A stretch of DNA of 64,000 nucleotides from a virus (taxonomy: Duplodnaviria > Caudoviricetes), in the IMG/VR virus record IMGVR_UViG_3300032274_000001, positions 8,939 through 72,938 of that record; one strand, written 5' to 3'. Position 1 is the stretch's first letter; each line of letters starts with the position of its first letter. Under the pieces are notes generated by a model that worked only from the letters and a program-made list of their open reading frames with translations, was not told where the DNA came from and made no database searches. A program made the position numbers and the translations under genes. This document shows positions 8,783 to 17,699 of the stretch, in pieces.

Positions 8783-8878
8783 CCCCCGATCGCAGTTTAC
8801 CGAGAATCGACAGAAAGCCCCCTGTAAACAACGGCTCTCTCTCGGGCGGGTACGGTTCTGTGATAGGGGCTACCCCTC

Positions 8879-9295
8879 ATGGGTAGGTACAGAAGGTATC
8901 GGCGGGTGGACCACGAAGATGAAGACGCGCCGGAGATCGACAAGGCGTTAAAGCGGCTGGGCTGCTCAGTCTTTCCGCTGGGGCGCCCCCTGGACAGGCT
9001 GGTGGGTTTCAGGGGGGTGACGATGCTGGTGGAGTACAAGCAGCCCCCGGGCCCCCAGGGGGGCACCTCGGCCAAAGGCCAGCATCTGAACGAAACACAG
9101 GTGGAATTCATCCAGGAGTGGAAGGGTGCTAAACCCCTCGTGGTCACGATCGAGAACTGTGAGGCCCGGGTGCTGGCCGAGGTGGAGCGCCAGCTCAAAG
9201 GAGAGAGCAAAGATGGACCGACTGAAGAAAGTGCTGAGCGGGCTATGCCTGGTGTCGGCAATGGCGTGGCCCTCTACGGCCCAGACGCAGGATGA
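8879..9295 (+). CDS. VRR-NUC-like PD-(D/E)XK nuclease
   Basis: EIDKALKRLGCSV..L..PLDRLVGFRGVTMLVEYK...LNETQVEFIQEWKG. Confidence 0.7.
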   Translation: MGRYRRYRRVDHEDEDAPEIDKALKRLGCSVFPLGRPLDRLVGFRGVTMLVEYKQPPGPQGGTSAKGQHLNETQVEFIQEWKGAKPLVVTIENCEARVLAEVERQLKGESKDGPTEESAERAMPGVGNGVALYGPDAG

Positions 9296-10616
9296 CCCCT
9301 GGACGACGATCCTGAACCCATCGACGGCGCAGCATGGGTTCTACAACCTGACCGACGCAGACGGCGCGCCTCGCACTCAGTTCCTCAAGATCCACAACCC
9401 ATACGGGTTGAGCTGGGACGCGGACGGCGGGGCTATCCCGAAGGTCACCGTGCACCTGTCGTTCTGGAATTCAGACTGCTCGCACCGGGTCAACGTCTCC
9501 AGGTGCATCACCCTCAACGACGTCGACATCATCGACCTGACGGCCATCGACAACGGACTGAGCACCGTCGATCTGTCAGGGTCGTTCGGCATGTGGACGG
9601 CGACCGCGTACGAGACCGACGACGCATGCACCGACGTCGTCTCTGCCCGCACCGCTGGCCGGGACCTCCGGCTCGCGAACCCCGGGCTCTTCGTCACCTA
9701 CGCCAACTCGAACCTCCGGACGACATCCACGGGCGGCACCAACGCCATCGGGAATTTCGTCGATCCGACCGGGGAGTTCATCGACCTGCCTGACTTCGAG
9801 CTGGAGGAGATCAACCTCGGAGTCTACCGCCCGGACACGTTGCTCAGCGAAGACCCGGTGACGGGAGAGCTACGGGGCGAGGCGTTCTTCATCGGCTGGG
9901 TGCTTCAGGAGAATGCCGGCCGGGAGATTGGCGAGCTCGGGCCGCCCCGCAACGGCGTTGCTCGAGCGGCGGTCGAGGCGTTCGACACGCTGGAGATCCC
10001 GACGTCCCTGGCCGACGTGACCACCGAGTGCGTGTTCCTGGGGTCGCTGGACCCGTCGATCGCGTCTAGCCCCGATCGGGCCAACTCCCTGCGGAACATC
10101 GAGTCGGCGTTGACGCTCAAGCTCCGAGACCTGCGCATCACACGAGAGAACGCCGACGGCACGGTGACCACGTCTGCGATCGGCTACGACACGTTCACCT
10201 ACGGGATTGCTATCATGGGCCTCGGCGCGTTCGGCGTGAGCGACTATGCCGTGTATCCCGTGCCGGGCACTACAGGGAAGGTGACACCAGCCCCGGACCC
10301 GTCCCCTACGCCCACAATCGACCTCTCTGACCCGACCCCGGTCGCCCCTGAGCCTACCCCTACCCCGGGGCCTAGCGCCTCTCCTGAGCCATCTGAGGCC
10401 CCCACGCCGACGCCTACGCCCAACTGTAGCTTCAGCCCTCTCCCGGAGGGGTGCCCGACGCCGACTCCGGCCATGTGTCGGGTGCTGGATCAGCAGGTCA
10501 ACGTGCTGTGCTCGGCGTGCGTGTTCGGCTTCGACTGCTCGACCGGGGCTTGCGTATGCAACCCGGCGCCGAACCCGACCCCGACAGCGACCCTGACGCC
10601 GACCCCGAGCCCATGA
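9213..10616 (+). CDS. Secreted protein with Pro/Thr-rich linker and Cys-rich C-terminus
   Basis: Signal peptide KKVLSGLCLVSAMAWPSTA, PTPTP runs; start ATG 9213 after AAGGAGAG. Confidence 0.75.
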   Translation: MDRLKKVLSGLCLVSAMAWPSTAQTQDDPWTTILNPSTAQHGFYNLTDADGAPRTQFLKIHNPYGLSWDADGGAIPKVTVHLSFWNSDCSHRVNVSRCITLNDVDIIDLTAIDNGLSTVDLSGSFGMWTATAYETDDACTDVVSARTAGRDLRLANPGLFVTYANSNLRTTSTGGTNAIGNFVDPTGEFIDLPDFELEEINLGVYRPDTLLSEDPVTGELRGEAFFIGWVLQENAGREIGELGPPRNGVARAAVEAFDTLEIPTSLADVTTECVFLGSLDPSIASSPDRANSLRNIESALTLKLRDLRITRENADGTVTTSAIGYDTFTYGIAIMGLGAFGVSDYAVYPVPGTTGKVTPAPDPSPTPTIDLSDPTPVAPEPTPTPGPSASPEPSEAPTPTPTPNCSFSPLPEGCPTPTPAMCRVLDQQVNVLCSACVFGFDCSTGACVCNPAPNPTPTATLTPTPSP

Positions 10617-11101
10617 GTCACCCGCTGGACCGGTGGCACGACCTGATTGTGGAGTCTGCTGAGGAGTACGGCCTAGACCCGATGCTCCTGGGCGGGCTGG
10701 TCATGCAGGAGAGCTCTGGCGACGAGTGGGCCGTCCGGCCCGAGTTGGGGTTTTTCCGCAGGTACCAGGCGGGGATTATGAGGTTCGTGCGTCGGACGAA
10801 AACCAAGACCGACGACCGGTGGACCCGGTACCCGGAGTTTTACTCGGCCAGCTACGGGCTCTGCCAGGTGCTTCTGCAGGTGGCCATGGAGAACGGCTGG
10901 CACATGCGGCGGTTCCCAACCGAACTCCTAGAGCCTCGGGTGAATCTCCGACTCGGGGCCAAGATCCTGGCCAACCACATCGCCCGCTACCAGGGCGACG
11001 AGCGGCGAGGGCTGCTGCGCTTCAACGGAGGGGGCGACCCCCACTATCCAGACAAGATCTACAGGCACCGCGATGCCTGGACCAAGGTGATTGGGGTCTA
11101 A
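10613..11101 (+). CDS. Lytic transglycosylase (SLT) endolysin
   Basis: YGLDPMLLGGLVMQESS (catalytic Glu), SYGLCQV, LLEPRVNLRLGAKIL, FNGG motifs. Confidence 0.9.
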   Translation: MSHPLDRWHDLIVESAEEYGLDPMLLGGLVMQESSGDEWAVRPELGFFRRYQAGIMRFVRRTKTKTDDRWTRYPEFYSASYGLCQVLLQVAMENGWHMRRFPTELLEPRVNLRLGAKILANHIARYQGDERRGLLRFNGGGDPHYPDKIYRHRDAWTKVIGV

Positions 11102-11190
11102 GCGCATGTTCCAAAAAGGCACACCCGGAATCATTTGCCTGACCCCTAGGCGGCCGTGTACGCCACTATGGCGGGTGTAGGGGTCGCCCG

Positions 11191-11514
11191 ATGACGGTAC
11201 GTCAAAAGATTGAGGGTCTGATGCCTAGGAACGAACCTACACTTGAAAGCCTGACGTTTGCCGTCACGTCCAACCGATGGGTAATCGGGGGTCTCGCTGC
11301 AGCCGGCGCGTGGTTCATCTCTAGCATCACGGGGCAGCTCAATGAGGTCGCTCGCACCGTCGAGCAAATCAACCTGAACGTGGTCGAGGTGCAGAAGGAC
11401 ACGGGAGCGATTCGCTCTGATGTCAGGCGAATCGACCGAGTAGGCACGGAAGCGCTTTCCGGTCACCTCAGAACCCCCGTGGATGACGCACACCGTCCGC
11501 CGCGAGGGTCCTAG
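11191..11514 (+). CDS. Single-TM coiled-coil protein, holin/antiholin candidate
   Basis: WVIGGLAAAGAWFISSI TM then heptads; follows the endolysin. Confidence 0.55.
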   Translation: MTVRQKIEGLMPRNEPTLESLTFAVTSNRWVIGGLAAAGAWFISSITGQLNEVARTVEQINLNVVEVQKDTGAIRSDVRRIDRVGTEALSGHLRTPVDDAHRPPRGS

Positions 11515-11520
11515 AGGCCG

Positions 11521-11823
11521 ATGAAGGTTAGCGAGATCCTCGCCGCTGGGGGCGGGCTGGTGGTTCTCCTGGGCCTGGTGGAGTGGCAGGTGTCTCGGGC
11601 CATGGACGAGCCTGCTGCGGTGGAGGAGCGGGTCACCGCCCACCATGAGGCCGACATGGCCCGGTCTCGGGAGATGGCCACGGAGCGGGAGCAGCGATCT
11701 CGGGAGCGGGCTACGTGGTTCCGGCGAGAGCACGAGCGCAAGGCCGACCAGCTGGACAGGATCGAAGAGACACTTCAGCGTATGCTCATGGGCAACGGGG
11801 GCCCGAGGAGTCGAGAGCAATGA
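11521..11823 (+). CDS. N-terminal TM coiled-coil protein, lysis cassette (i-spanin or holin-like)
   Basis: ILAAGGGLVVLLGLV TM then charged helix. Confidence 0.55.
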   Translation: MKVSEILAAGGGLVVLLGLVEWQVSRAMDEPAAVEERVTAHHEADMARSREMATEREQRSRERATWFRREHERKADQLDRIEETLQRMLMGNGGPRSREQ

Positions 11824-12140
11824 AGCGATCGCACGGAGTCTTGGCTATGGCGTCTGTGGCGTACGCTGTGCTGGGCTTACAGGGATGCTCCCGTCACACC
11901 GCCTACCGGGCTGCGGTCCTGCAGGAGGCCGCCTCCACGGTGTGCCAGGAGCGCTACTGCGCCGGCTACGGCGGAGAGGGACAGCCGTTGCTCGTCGAGT
12001 GCGAGCACCACGCAGACCTGGTGCCGTTGTGTCAGGAGGAAGAGGTGCGGAGGTTGGAAGCGGCGGCAGCGGCCAAGGACGGCACCGCCAAGGGTACCCT
12101 CGGGTGGTTGCTCGAGACGGCTATCGGGGCGCTGTTCTAG
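11820..12140 (+). CDS. Lipoprotein, spanin candidate
   Basis: Signal ending LQGC (lipobox-like), extra Cys, hydrophobic C-terminus GWLLETAIGALF. Confidence 0.6.
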   Translation: MKRSHGVLAMASVAYAVLGLQGCSRHTAYRAAVLQEAASTVCQERYCAGYGGEGQPLLVECEHHADLVPLCQEEEVRRLEAAAAAKDGTAKGTLGWLLETAIGALF

Positions 12141-12145
12141 GACCC

Positions 12146-12670
12146 ATGCCTCAGCTGCGCTGGCGGCCCCTCATCGAGCACCTCGGCCCCCGGGCGGTAG
12201 TGGTGACGGGGTCCATGCGGGTGTCGATCCACTCCGCCTCTGGGGAGATCCTGGGCGTCGAGGAGAAGCACCCCGGCGTGCCCTACCGGGTGGATTGGCA
12301 GGAGTTCCACGACCGGTGCGAGGAGGCGGGCTACGAGCCGCCCCCGTACATCCGAGAGTTGATCCGGGATTACGAGGTGCCGGTCGGGATGGTCTCGGAC
12401 GGGTCGTCGGTGCCGAGACCGTTCTGGCCTGTCGCGCGGCCGTTCGGCGAGACGCTGATCGCGGCAATTCTGCACGACCCGTGGTTCAAGCTGGGCGTTG
12501 ATGGGAGGGGCCGGGTGATTGACCGGTGCACCGCCGACGATGGATACCTCTACACGACCATCGCGGATGGCGTGTGGGAGCCGAAGTGCCTAGCCATGCG
12601 AGGGGGCTTGCGTGTGGGTAGTTGGGTAGCATGGAACAGGTACCGTAGACTCGAAGGGGATCAGGCATGA
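12146..12670 (+). CDS. DUF1353-family protein
   Basis: SDGSSVPRPFW...FG...AAILHD motif. Confidence 0.75.
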   Translation: MPQLRWRPLIEHLGPRAVVVTGSMRVSIHSASGEILGVEEKHPGVPYRVDWQEFHDRCEEAGYEPPPYIRELIRDYEVPVGMVSDGSSVPRPFWPVARPFGETLIAAILHDPWFKLGVDGRGRVIDRCTADDGYLYTTIADGVWEPKCLAMRGGLRVGSWVAWNRYRRLEGDQA

Positions 12671-12867
12671 CTCAGGCGGCAGGCAATCTCACGAAGCGCA
12701 TCACCGGGGACAAGATCACGTCCATCATCGGCATACTGACGGCGGCGTTGACGCAGATCGTTCCAGAGGTGCTGCCCGCGGATTGGCAGACGGTAGGGCT
12801 GCAACTGGTCGGGGCCGCGTCGGGTGTCGCCCTGATCTTCTCCGGCGACAAGTCGAAGACCGACTAG
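12667..12867 (+). CDS. Holin candidate (2 TM)
   Basis: 66 aa, two hydrophobic helices, charged C-tail DKSKTD, end of the lysis cassette. Confidence 0.65.
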   Translation: MTQAAGNLTKRITGDKITSIIGILTAALTQIVPEVLPADWQTVGLQLVGAASGVALIFSGDKSKTD

Positions 12868-13133
12868 GGGTGGCGTAGGGCCCTCTCTACGAGGGCTTCT
12901 ACCGGGCACAGCTGGTCGTGGCGGTGCCCCTCCCCGGCCCGATGGTCCAAGCCGCGACACTCCCGGTAGACGACTCGGGAGAGTGCCTCGCGGAGGCGGC
13001 GTGCGGCCCGTGCTTCCGCCACGAGCGCGTCTCGTTCCTCGGGGTTGAGCAGCACGACCTCGGAGGCTTCTGGGTGACAGGAAGCGGGGTCCGTGGGGTA
13101 CGACGCGATGCGGTCGAGGTCCGTGTCGGTCAT
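12864..13133 (-). CDS. Hypothetical phage protein
   Basis: Converges on the holin; C/H-rich C-terminus. Confidence 0.5.
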   Translation of the reverse strand: MTDTDLDRIASYPTDPASCHPEASEVVLLNPEERDALVAEARAARRLREALSRVVYRECRGLDHRAGEGHRHDQLCPVEALVERALRHP

Positions 13134-13137
13134 TGGC

Positions 13138-13365
13138 CTAGTGCCCCTTCTCTGCCGCTGACGTGTGGGTCATCCCTTTTCCGATTGTCGGATTGTGGAC
13201 GGGGCAATCGTTCGGGCCATCGACCCGACCCCCCTTGTACCAGTAGCAGGTGCAGCCCTTCTCTCGTGCGGCGTCCTTGGCCTTCGCCAGCAGGCCAACC
13301 CAGAGCACCTTCAGGAACCACTTGAGTACGAAGTACAGGCACACCGCCCAGAGTGGGATTGTCAT
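13138..13365 (-). CDS. Small membrane protein with Cys motif
   Basis: TM then CTC...CPVH. Confidence 0.5.
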   Translation of the reverse strand: MTIPLWAVCLYFVLKWFLKVLWVGLLAKAKDAAREKGCTCYWYKGGRVDGPNDCPVHNPTIGKGMTHTSAAEKGH

Positions 13366-13380
13366 CTCTTGGGTTTCTCC

Positions 13381-14076
13381 TCAGAGCAGCGGAAGCTGCG
13401 GGTCTTGGGGGAGTGCTCCACGCTCGCGGAGTTCCATGCGCTTGAGCACTCCGTACCATCGGGAAGGCGGGGGCGGTGATCCACCGAGGCTGATCAAGCC
13501 GTGATCGTTTCGCAGGATAGCGATAGCCAGGGCCCGCCAAGAGGGCGCCAGGTTGCGCCTCTCAAGCTCCGGCGGCACCTCTTGGGGCATCCCCTCGGGG
13601 TACCCCCGAGACTCCCAAAGGCGAGCGTAGGCCCTCACGCGGGCATGTAGGCCCACGCCACCGAAGGTCTGGCCGTTCGGGGATGAGGCCTCTCCCGAGC
13701 TCAGTGAGAATCCCCGACTGGTGCTCCACTTGTGTAGGGCTCGGGCTGCTTCGGCGTTGGCTGCCCGCTGTTGATCGGGGCTCAGCAGGTGGAACCCGCC
13801 TCGGTACTTGGCGGGCACTCCGGTAGCGATGCACATGGAAGCTTGTCCGAGCCAGGCGATACGGTTGGAGCTGGAGTTGGAGAGGAAGTGCTCGCACGAG
13901 ACGGGCCACTTGGCGAGGACTTGCTGTAGAGCGGACTGAAACCGTGGCAGGTCTTGGAGGAAGTCGCAGTAGGCTTGCTTGGCCTCGTCGCTCGACATCC
14001 CCGCAGGGGGCGCCTCGGCGTACATGCCAGCGGGGACGCACTCCCACGCTGTCCAAGGGTGGTAGATTCGGGCCAT
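13381..14076 (-). CDS. IbrAB-associated protein with DUF3440-like C-terminal module
   Basis: YARLWESRGYPEGMPQEVP..LE....PSWRALAIAILRND, similar to the tail of the 15027 protein. Confidence 0.7.
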   Translation of the reverse strand: MARIYHPWTAWECVPAGMYAEAPPAGMSSDEAKQAYCDFLQDLPRFQSALQQVLAKWPVSCEHFLSNSSSNRIAWLGQASMCIATGVPAKYRGGFHLLSPDQQRAANAEAARALHKWSTSRGFSLSSGEASSPNGQTFGGVGLHARVRAYARLWESRGYPEGMPQEVPPELERRNLAPSWRALAIAILRNDHGLISLGGSPPPPSRWYGVLKRMELRERGALPQDPQLPLL

Positions 14077-14088
14077 GGTCAGGGCTGC

Positions 14089-15030
14089 CTAGCCGACTTC
14101 CTCGAACTGCTCGTCTTCCTCTGCGGCAGAAAGCTCTGCCTCCCAGGAGTCGGAAAAGTCGCTGTTCTCGAACAGGGCGGCGATGCCGGTGATCTGCTTC
14201 ATGCGCAGGAGTTCATCTGCGCTCATGCCGATGTGACTGCAGATCCACCGGTCGCCCTTGCCCATCTCGACGAGCTCGGCAACGATCGCCGACATCAGCT
14301 CGATGTTATGAGAGCCCCGGGCCCGGTTGTGACGAATCGTGGACGCCATCCGGTCGCTCAGGTTCTTGTCGATGACCACGCAGGGCAAGCACCCGTTCTC
14401 CCGCTCCCGGATCTCAGCATTCTGCTTGAGGATGAGGAACCGGTGGAAGCCATCGACGACGATGTACCGGTCGGACTCCTGGTCGTAGAATGTGACGACT
14501 GGTTGCGTGTAGCCGTCTGCTTCGATCGACACGCGCAGTAGCTCCATCTCGGGCGGCGCAACGGCATTGGGGTTGTAGTCGTTGGCCTGGATCTTATCGA
14601 TGGGAACGGGCCGCACGTCGTAGACGGGAGATCGGGTGGGCCGCTCCGGGGCCGGGTAGGAGCCGTTGTCGTCGTGGACTTCCCTGCCCGTGACGGGAGG
14701 GTTGAACACGGAGATAAGCGTCACGTCCGTCAGGGCTTGGAACGTGTGCGGGTCGTTCTCGTCCAGGACGTAAGTGTCGCCGGGGACGATGGTCCACTCG
14801 TCGCCTGTGGCCTCGCTACGCAGGATGCCCTTGCCGGCGATGCAATGGCAGGCCTCCTGGTGGTGCTTGTAGTGCCACCGCTGTGGAGCCCCCTGGGGAA
14901 TCTCTGTGCGGTGCATGGAGAAGCCCAGGCCATCGGCGGCAAGCACGGGGCGGAAGCTGGTGAAGCCGCCCTGTGGGCACTGGACTTCGCGGTCGCTGCC
15001 CTCAAGCGAGGAGTGGCGTATCACTTTCAT
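14089..15030 (-). CDS. Ectoine synthase (EctC)-like cupin fused to ParB-like IbrB/YbdM domain
   Basis: N-terminal HYKHHQEACHC..G.G..., PG..Y.LD..D.H, VFNPPVTGREVHD; C-terminal ANDYNPNAVAPPEMELL..SI..DGYTQP, VDGFHR, TIRHNRARGSH. Confidence 0.88.
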   Translation of the reverse strand: MKVIRHSSLEGSDREVQCPQGGFTSFRPVLAADGLGFSMHRTEIPQGAPQRWHYKHHQEACHCIAGKGILRSEATGDEWTIVPGDTYVLDENDPHTFQALTDVTLISVFNPPVTGREVHDDNGSYPAPERPTRSPVYDVRPVPIDKIQANDYNPNAVAPPEMELLRVSIEADGYTQPVVTFYDQESDRYIVVDGFHRFLILKQNAEIRERENGCLPCVVIDKNLSDRMASTIRHNRARGSHNIELMSAIVAELVEMGKGDRWICSHIGMSADELLRMKQITGIAALFENSDFSDSWEAELSAAEEDEQFEEVG

Positions 15031-16354
15031 CGGCGGGCTTCTCCTTCTGCTGAATGGGTAGGTCTTTGTACTTGGCCATGATGGCCTTCTGTCGTGCCAT
15101 CTGCTCCTGAGATGGGGCGAGTCCGAGGTACTTGCAGGTGTGGTCGTTCTTCAGAATCGTGATGGCAAATCGCTTCCACGACGCCACCATGCCGGGGTTG
15201 GTCTTGAGCATGTCGCAATGGTCGGGGAAGCGTTGGATGCGAACGCGCCGCAGGGTCTTGTTGCCGTGAGAGGTGAGGCCGTTGAGCTTGAACGGGATGC
15301 CATGCTGCTCGAGCTGCTCGATGATCTCGTCGGGGAGTCCGCGGCCCAACCTTCCCCAGACCTTGAACGACTGGATGAACCGCCTACGAAAATTTGCCGC
15401 CACCCCCTCGGGGAGCGTGTCGAGTAGGAACTTGACGAACGACTTCCAGGTGTGGCCCTCGGGGAGTTTGAAGCTGCGGTAGCCGAGCTGCTTGCCGTAG
15501 GTGGCGACGAAGTTGGCGCCCTGGACGCGCGCGCAGAGCTTCGCCCACACGGGCGGGTCGATCACGCGGTACAGGTTAAGGCTCGACTTCGACTCACTCA
15601 TGAACGGCGAGGCAACGCGCATCTTCCCCAGCGGAACATTGGCTCGGTAGAAGATGTCGTAGAGGCGGTTGTACTCCCACTCGAATCGAGCGTTGGCGAT
15701 CCAGACATCCTCGGTGCGCCAGTCGTAGACCGGGTACACGTTGAACACGTTGGGCCCGTTGCGCTTGGTCCACATCCGCCCGCCGAGGGTTTCCTTGCGG
15801 GGGTTCATGATGGCGCGGAAGCGGTTGAGGCTCTCAGCGGTCCTGATGCCAATGACACAGGCTGTGCGTTCGCCCTGTGAGTACCACTCGCCGAACTGGT
15901 CCCAGAAGTCCTCGTAGGACATGTCCTCCCGGAAGAAATCGAACGGGTGGTTGCCCATGTGGACGATGTAGTCCTGCTCAGGAAGAGGACGGATCCAGCG
16001 CTCGCGATCAGACTCGCCCCAGCACTGCCACTCGACATCGTAGGCACTGACCGTGCACGGCAGAGTGATTGGCATGCAGCACCAGTAGACGTCGAGGAGG
16101 TCGAGGTTTTTGCCCAAAATGCTGTGCATGAACTGGAGGCTGATCTCGTAGTTCGCCTCGTTGTCCAGGATCATGACGCCGATCTTCTTGGTGATGCCAT
16201 GCTTGCGCATGTAGTCGAGGAAGAGATTGAGAACGACGCCAGAGTCCTTGCCGCCGGAGAACGAGACGTAAATCCGGGGGAAGTTCTCGAACAGCCAGCC
16301 GATGCGCTCCATGGCGGCGTCGTAGACGTTGAGGTCGGGGTTGTAGGCTCTCAT
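15027..16354 (-). CDS. PAPS-reductase-like (PP-loop) IbrA/YbdN protein with DUF3440
   Basis: SFSGGKDS, GIRTAESLNRF, YPVYDWRTEDVW, MRVASPF motifs. Confidence 0.9.
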
Positions 16355-16399
16355 GCCGGGCCAGTCGTAAACGCTACGAGCGGTTTACGCAAGTCGTGG

Positions 16400-16738
16400 T
16401 CATAGTCGATGGTTCGTCTCGATATCTCGCAGTACGAGCATCCCCTGCGAGATCGCCAGAGCGACCGGGGCCAGCATCTGCGGGTGCACGGTGGAGCCGC
16501 CCGAGAGGACGTAGCCGCTCGCTGCAGAGCCGTCTTTGTCATCCTCGCGGGCCTCGACAACTAGGCGATAGAAGTGCGCCCCGATGGGCTTGCAGTAGAC
16601 GGTGACGGTCTGGCCTCCGTCAGCACCCGGGTAGTGCGCGATCTGGTTCAGCTCGTGGGGTTCGTAGTCGCCATCCCCCCAGCACCAGTTACTACCGAAG
16701 GCGGCGATTTCCTCGTATGTCGGCGCGTTATCGTTCAT
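16400..16738 (-). CDS. Hypothetical phage protein
   Basis: Coupled ORF. Confidence 0.5.
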   Translation of the reverse strand: MNDNAPTYEEIAAFGSNWCWGDGDYEPHELNQIAHYPGADGGQTVTVYCKPIGAHFYRLVVEAREDDKDGSAASGYVLSGGSTVHPQMLAPVALAISQGMLVLRDIETNHRL

Positions 16739-16950
16739 CGCTTGGTCCCTTTCGCCGTGGTGGCTTTCTTTCGTTTGCGGTAGCCGGCCATGTACTCGCG
16801 GAGGTACTTCTTGCGGTCCTCGAGTCGAGACTCCTCGGCTCGGACTGCGTCACGGAACCGGGCTCGGAACTTTCGGGGGACGATCCCCAGGAGGGACTTG
16901 AGCTCGGCGAGGCTGAAGGAAAGGCGTTGCACTAGGGGGTCTCCTGCCAT
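16735..16950 (-). CDS. Small basic protein
   Basis: KKYLREYMAGYRKRKK tail. Confidence 0.55.
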   Translation of the reverse strand: MAGDPLVQRLSFSLAELKSLLGIVPRKFRARFRDAVRAEESRLEDRKKYLREYMAGYRKRKKATTAKGTKR

Positions 16951-16984
16951 GCGTGAGACTCGATGAGTTGGATGCCATCAGGCT

Positions 16985-17686
16985 TCATCGTGCTCTCGCG
17001 GATACGGTCTTGGTCGCGACGGCTTCGCAGCCGGGCCAGTTGAAGTCTTTCTTGGCGGCCTTGGCGGCCTGATTGATTGCCGTCTGATTCACCTGCAAGG
17101 CGTTCATTGGAACCTTGCCCTCGGAGACAGCCGTGACCAGGGCTTTCATGTCGGTGACTCGGCCCTTCCAGGTCGTACGGGTAGCCACCCCTTGGGGGCC
17201 CTTGGGGCGCTCCACAGCGGGCGCTACCGCAGGGGTAGACTCTGCCTCGGCGACCACCTCGGCGGCGCTCTCAGTGTCCCCTGAGGCTTCCAGGCGGGCT
17301 GCCTCGGCCTCTGCGGCTCGGAGTTGTTCCTTGCGGGCAGCCTCGGCGGCTTTGCGTTCCTCCTCGGCGATGCGGGCTTGCTCGGCTTCCTGCCAAGCGA
17401 GCATGGCGGACTTGAGGCCGGCTTCGGCTTGCTCGCCCTGTTCGCGCACCTGGGCCTTGAAGGCCCGGAGGTTGGCCGTGTGGGCGTTGGCTTCCTTGAT
17501 GAGGGGGTCGAAGGCGGAGTCTACGCGCTTGAGCCACGGCTTCACGTCCTCGGTGAGGATACGGCCGGCGTGCTCGTAGTCGTCGTGGGATTGGATCCCG
17601 GTGGCGCCCTCGGCGAGAGCCACCAAGTGGGTGGACTCCAGGGCGACGTCGGCGGGGGTGGACTTGGCTTCGTGGGCGACGGTCAT
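16985..17686 (-). CDS. Coiled-coil phage protein of recombination regions
   Basis: Long helix, then RTTWKGRVTD...NQTAINQAAK...WPG; start ATG 17686. Confidence 0.65.
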   Translation of the reverse strand: MTVAHEAKSTPADVALESTHLVALAEGATGIQSHDDYEHAGRILTEDVKPWLKRVDSAFDPLIKEANAHTANLRAFKAQVREQGEQAEAGLKSAMLAWQEAEQARIAEEERKAAEAARKEQLRAAEAEAARLEASGDTESAAEVVAEAESTPAVAPAVERPKGPQGVATRTTWKGRVTDMKALVTAVSEGKVPMNALQVNQTAINQAAKAAKKDFNWPGCEAVATKTVSARAR

Positions 17687-17699
17687 GCGGTTGGTCTCC

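Noticed and set aside
14089-15030. Ectoine biosynthesis as an auxiliary metabolic pathway
   Set aside because: No ectA, ectB or ask in the window, and the cupin is fused to ParB within an IbrAB operon.
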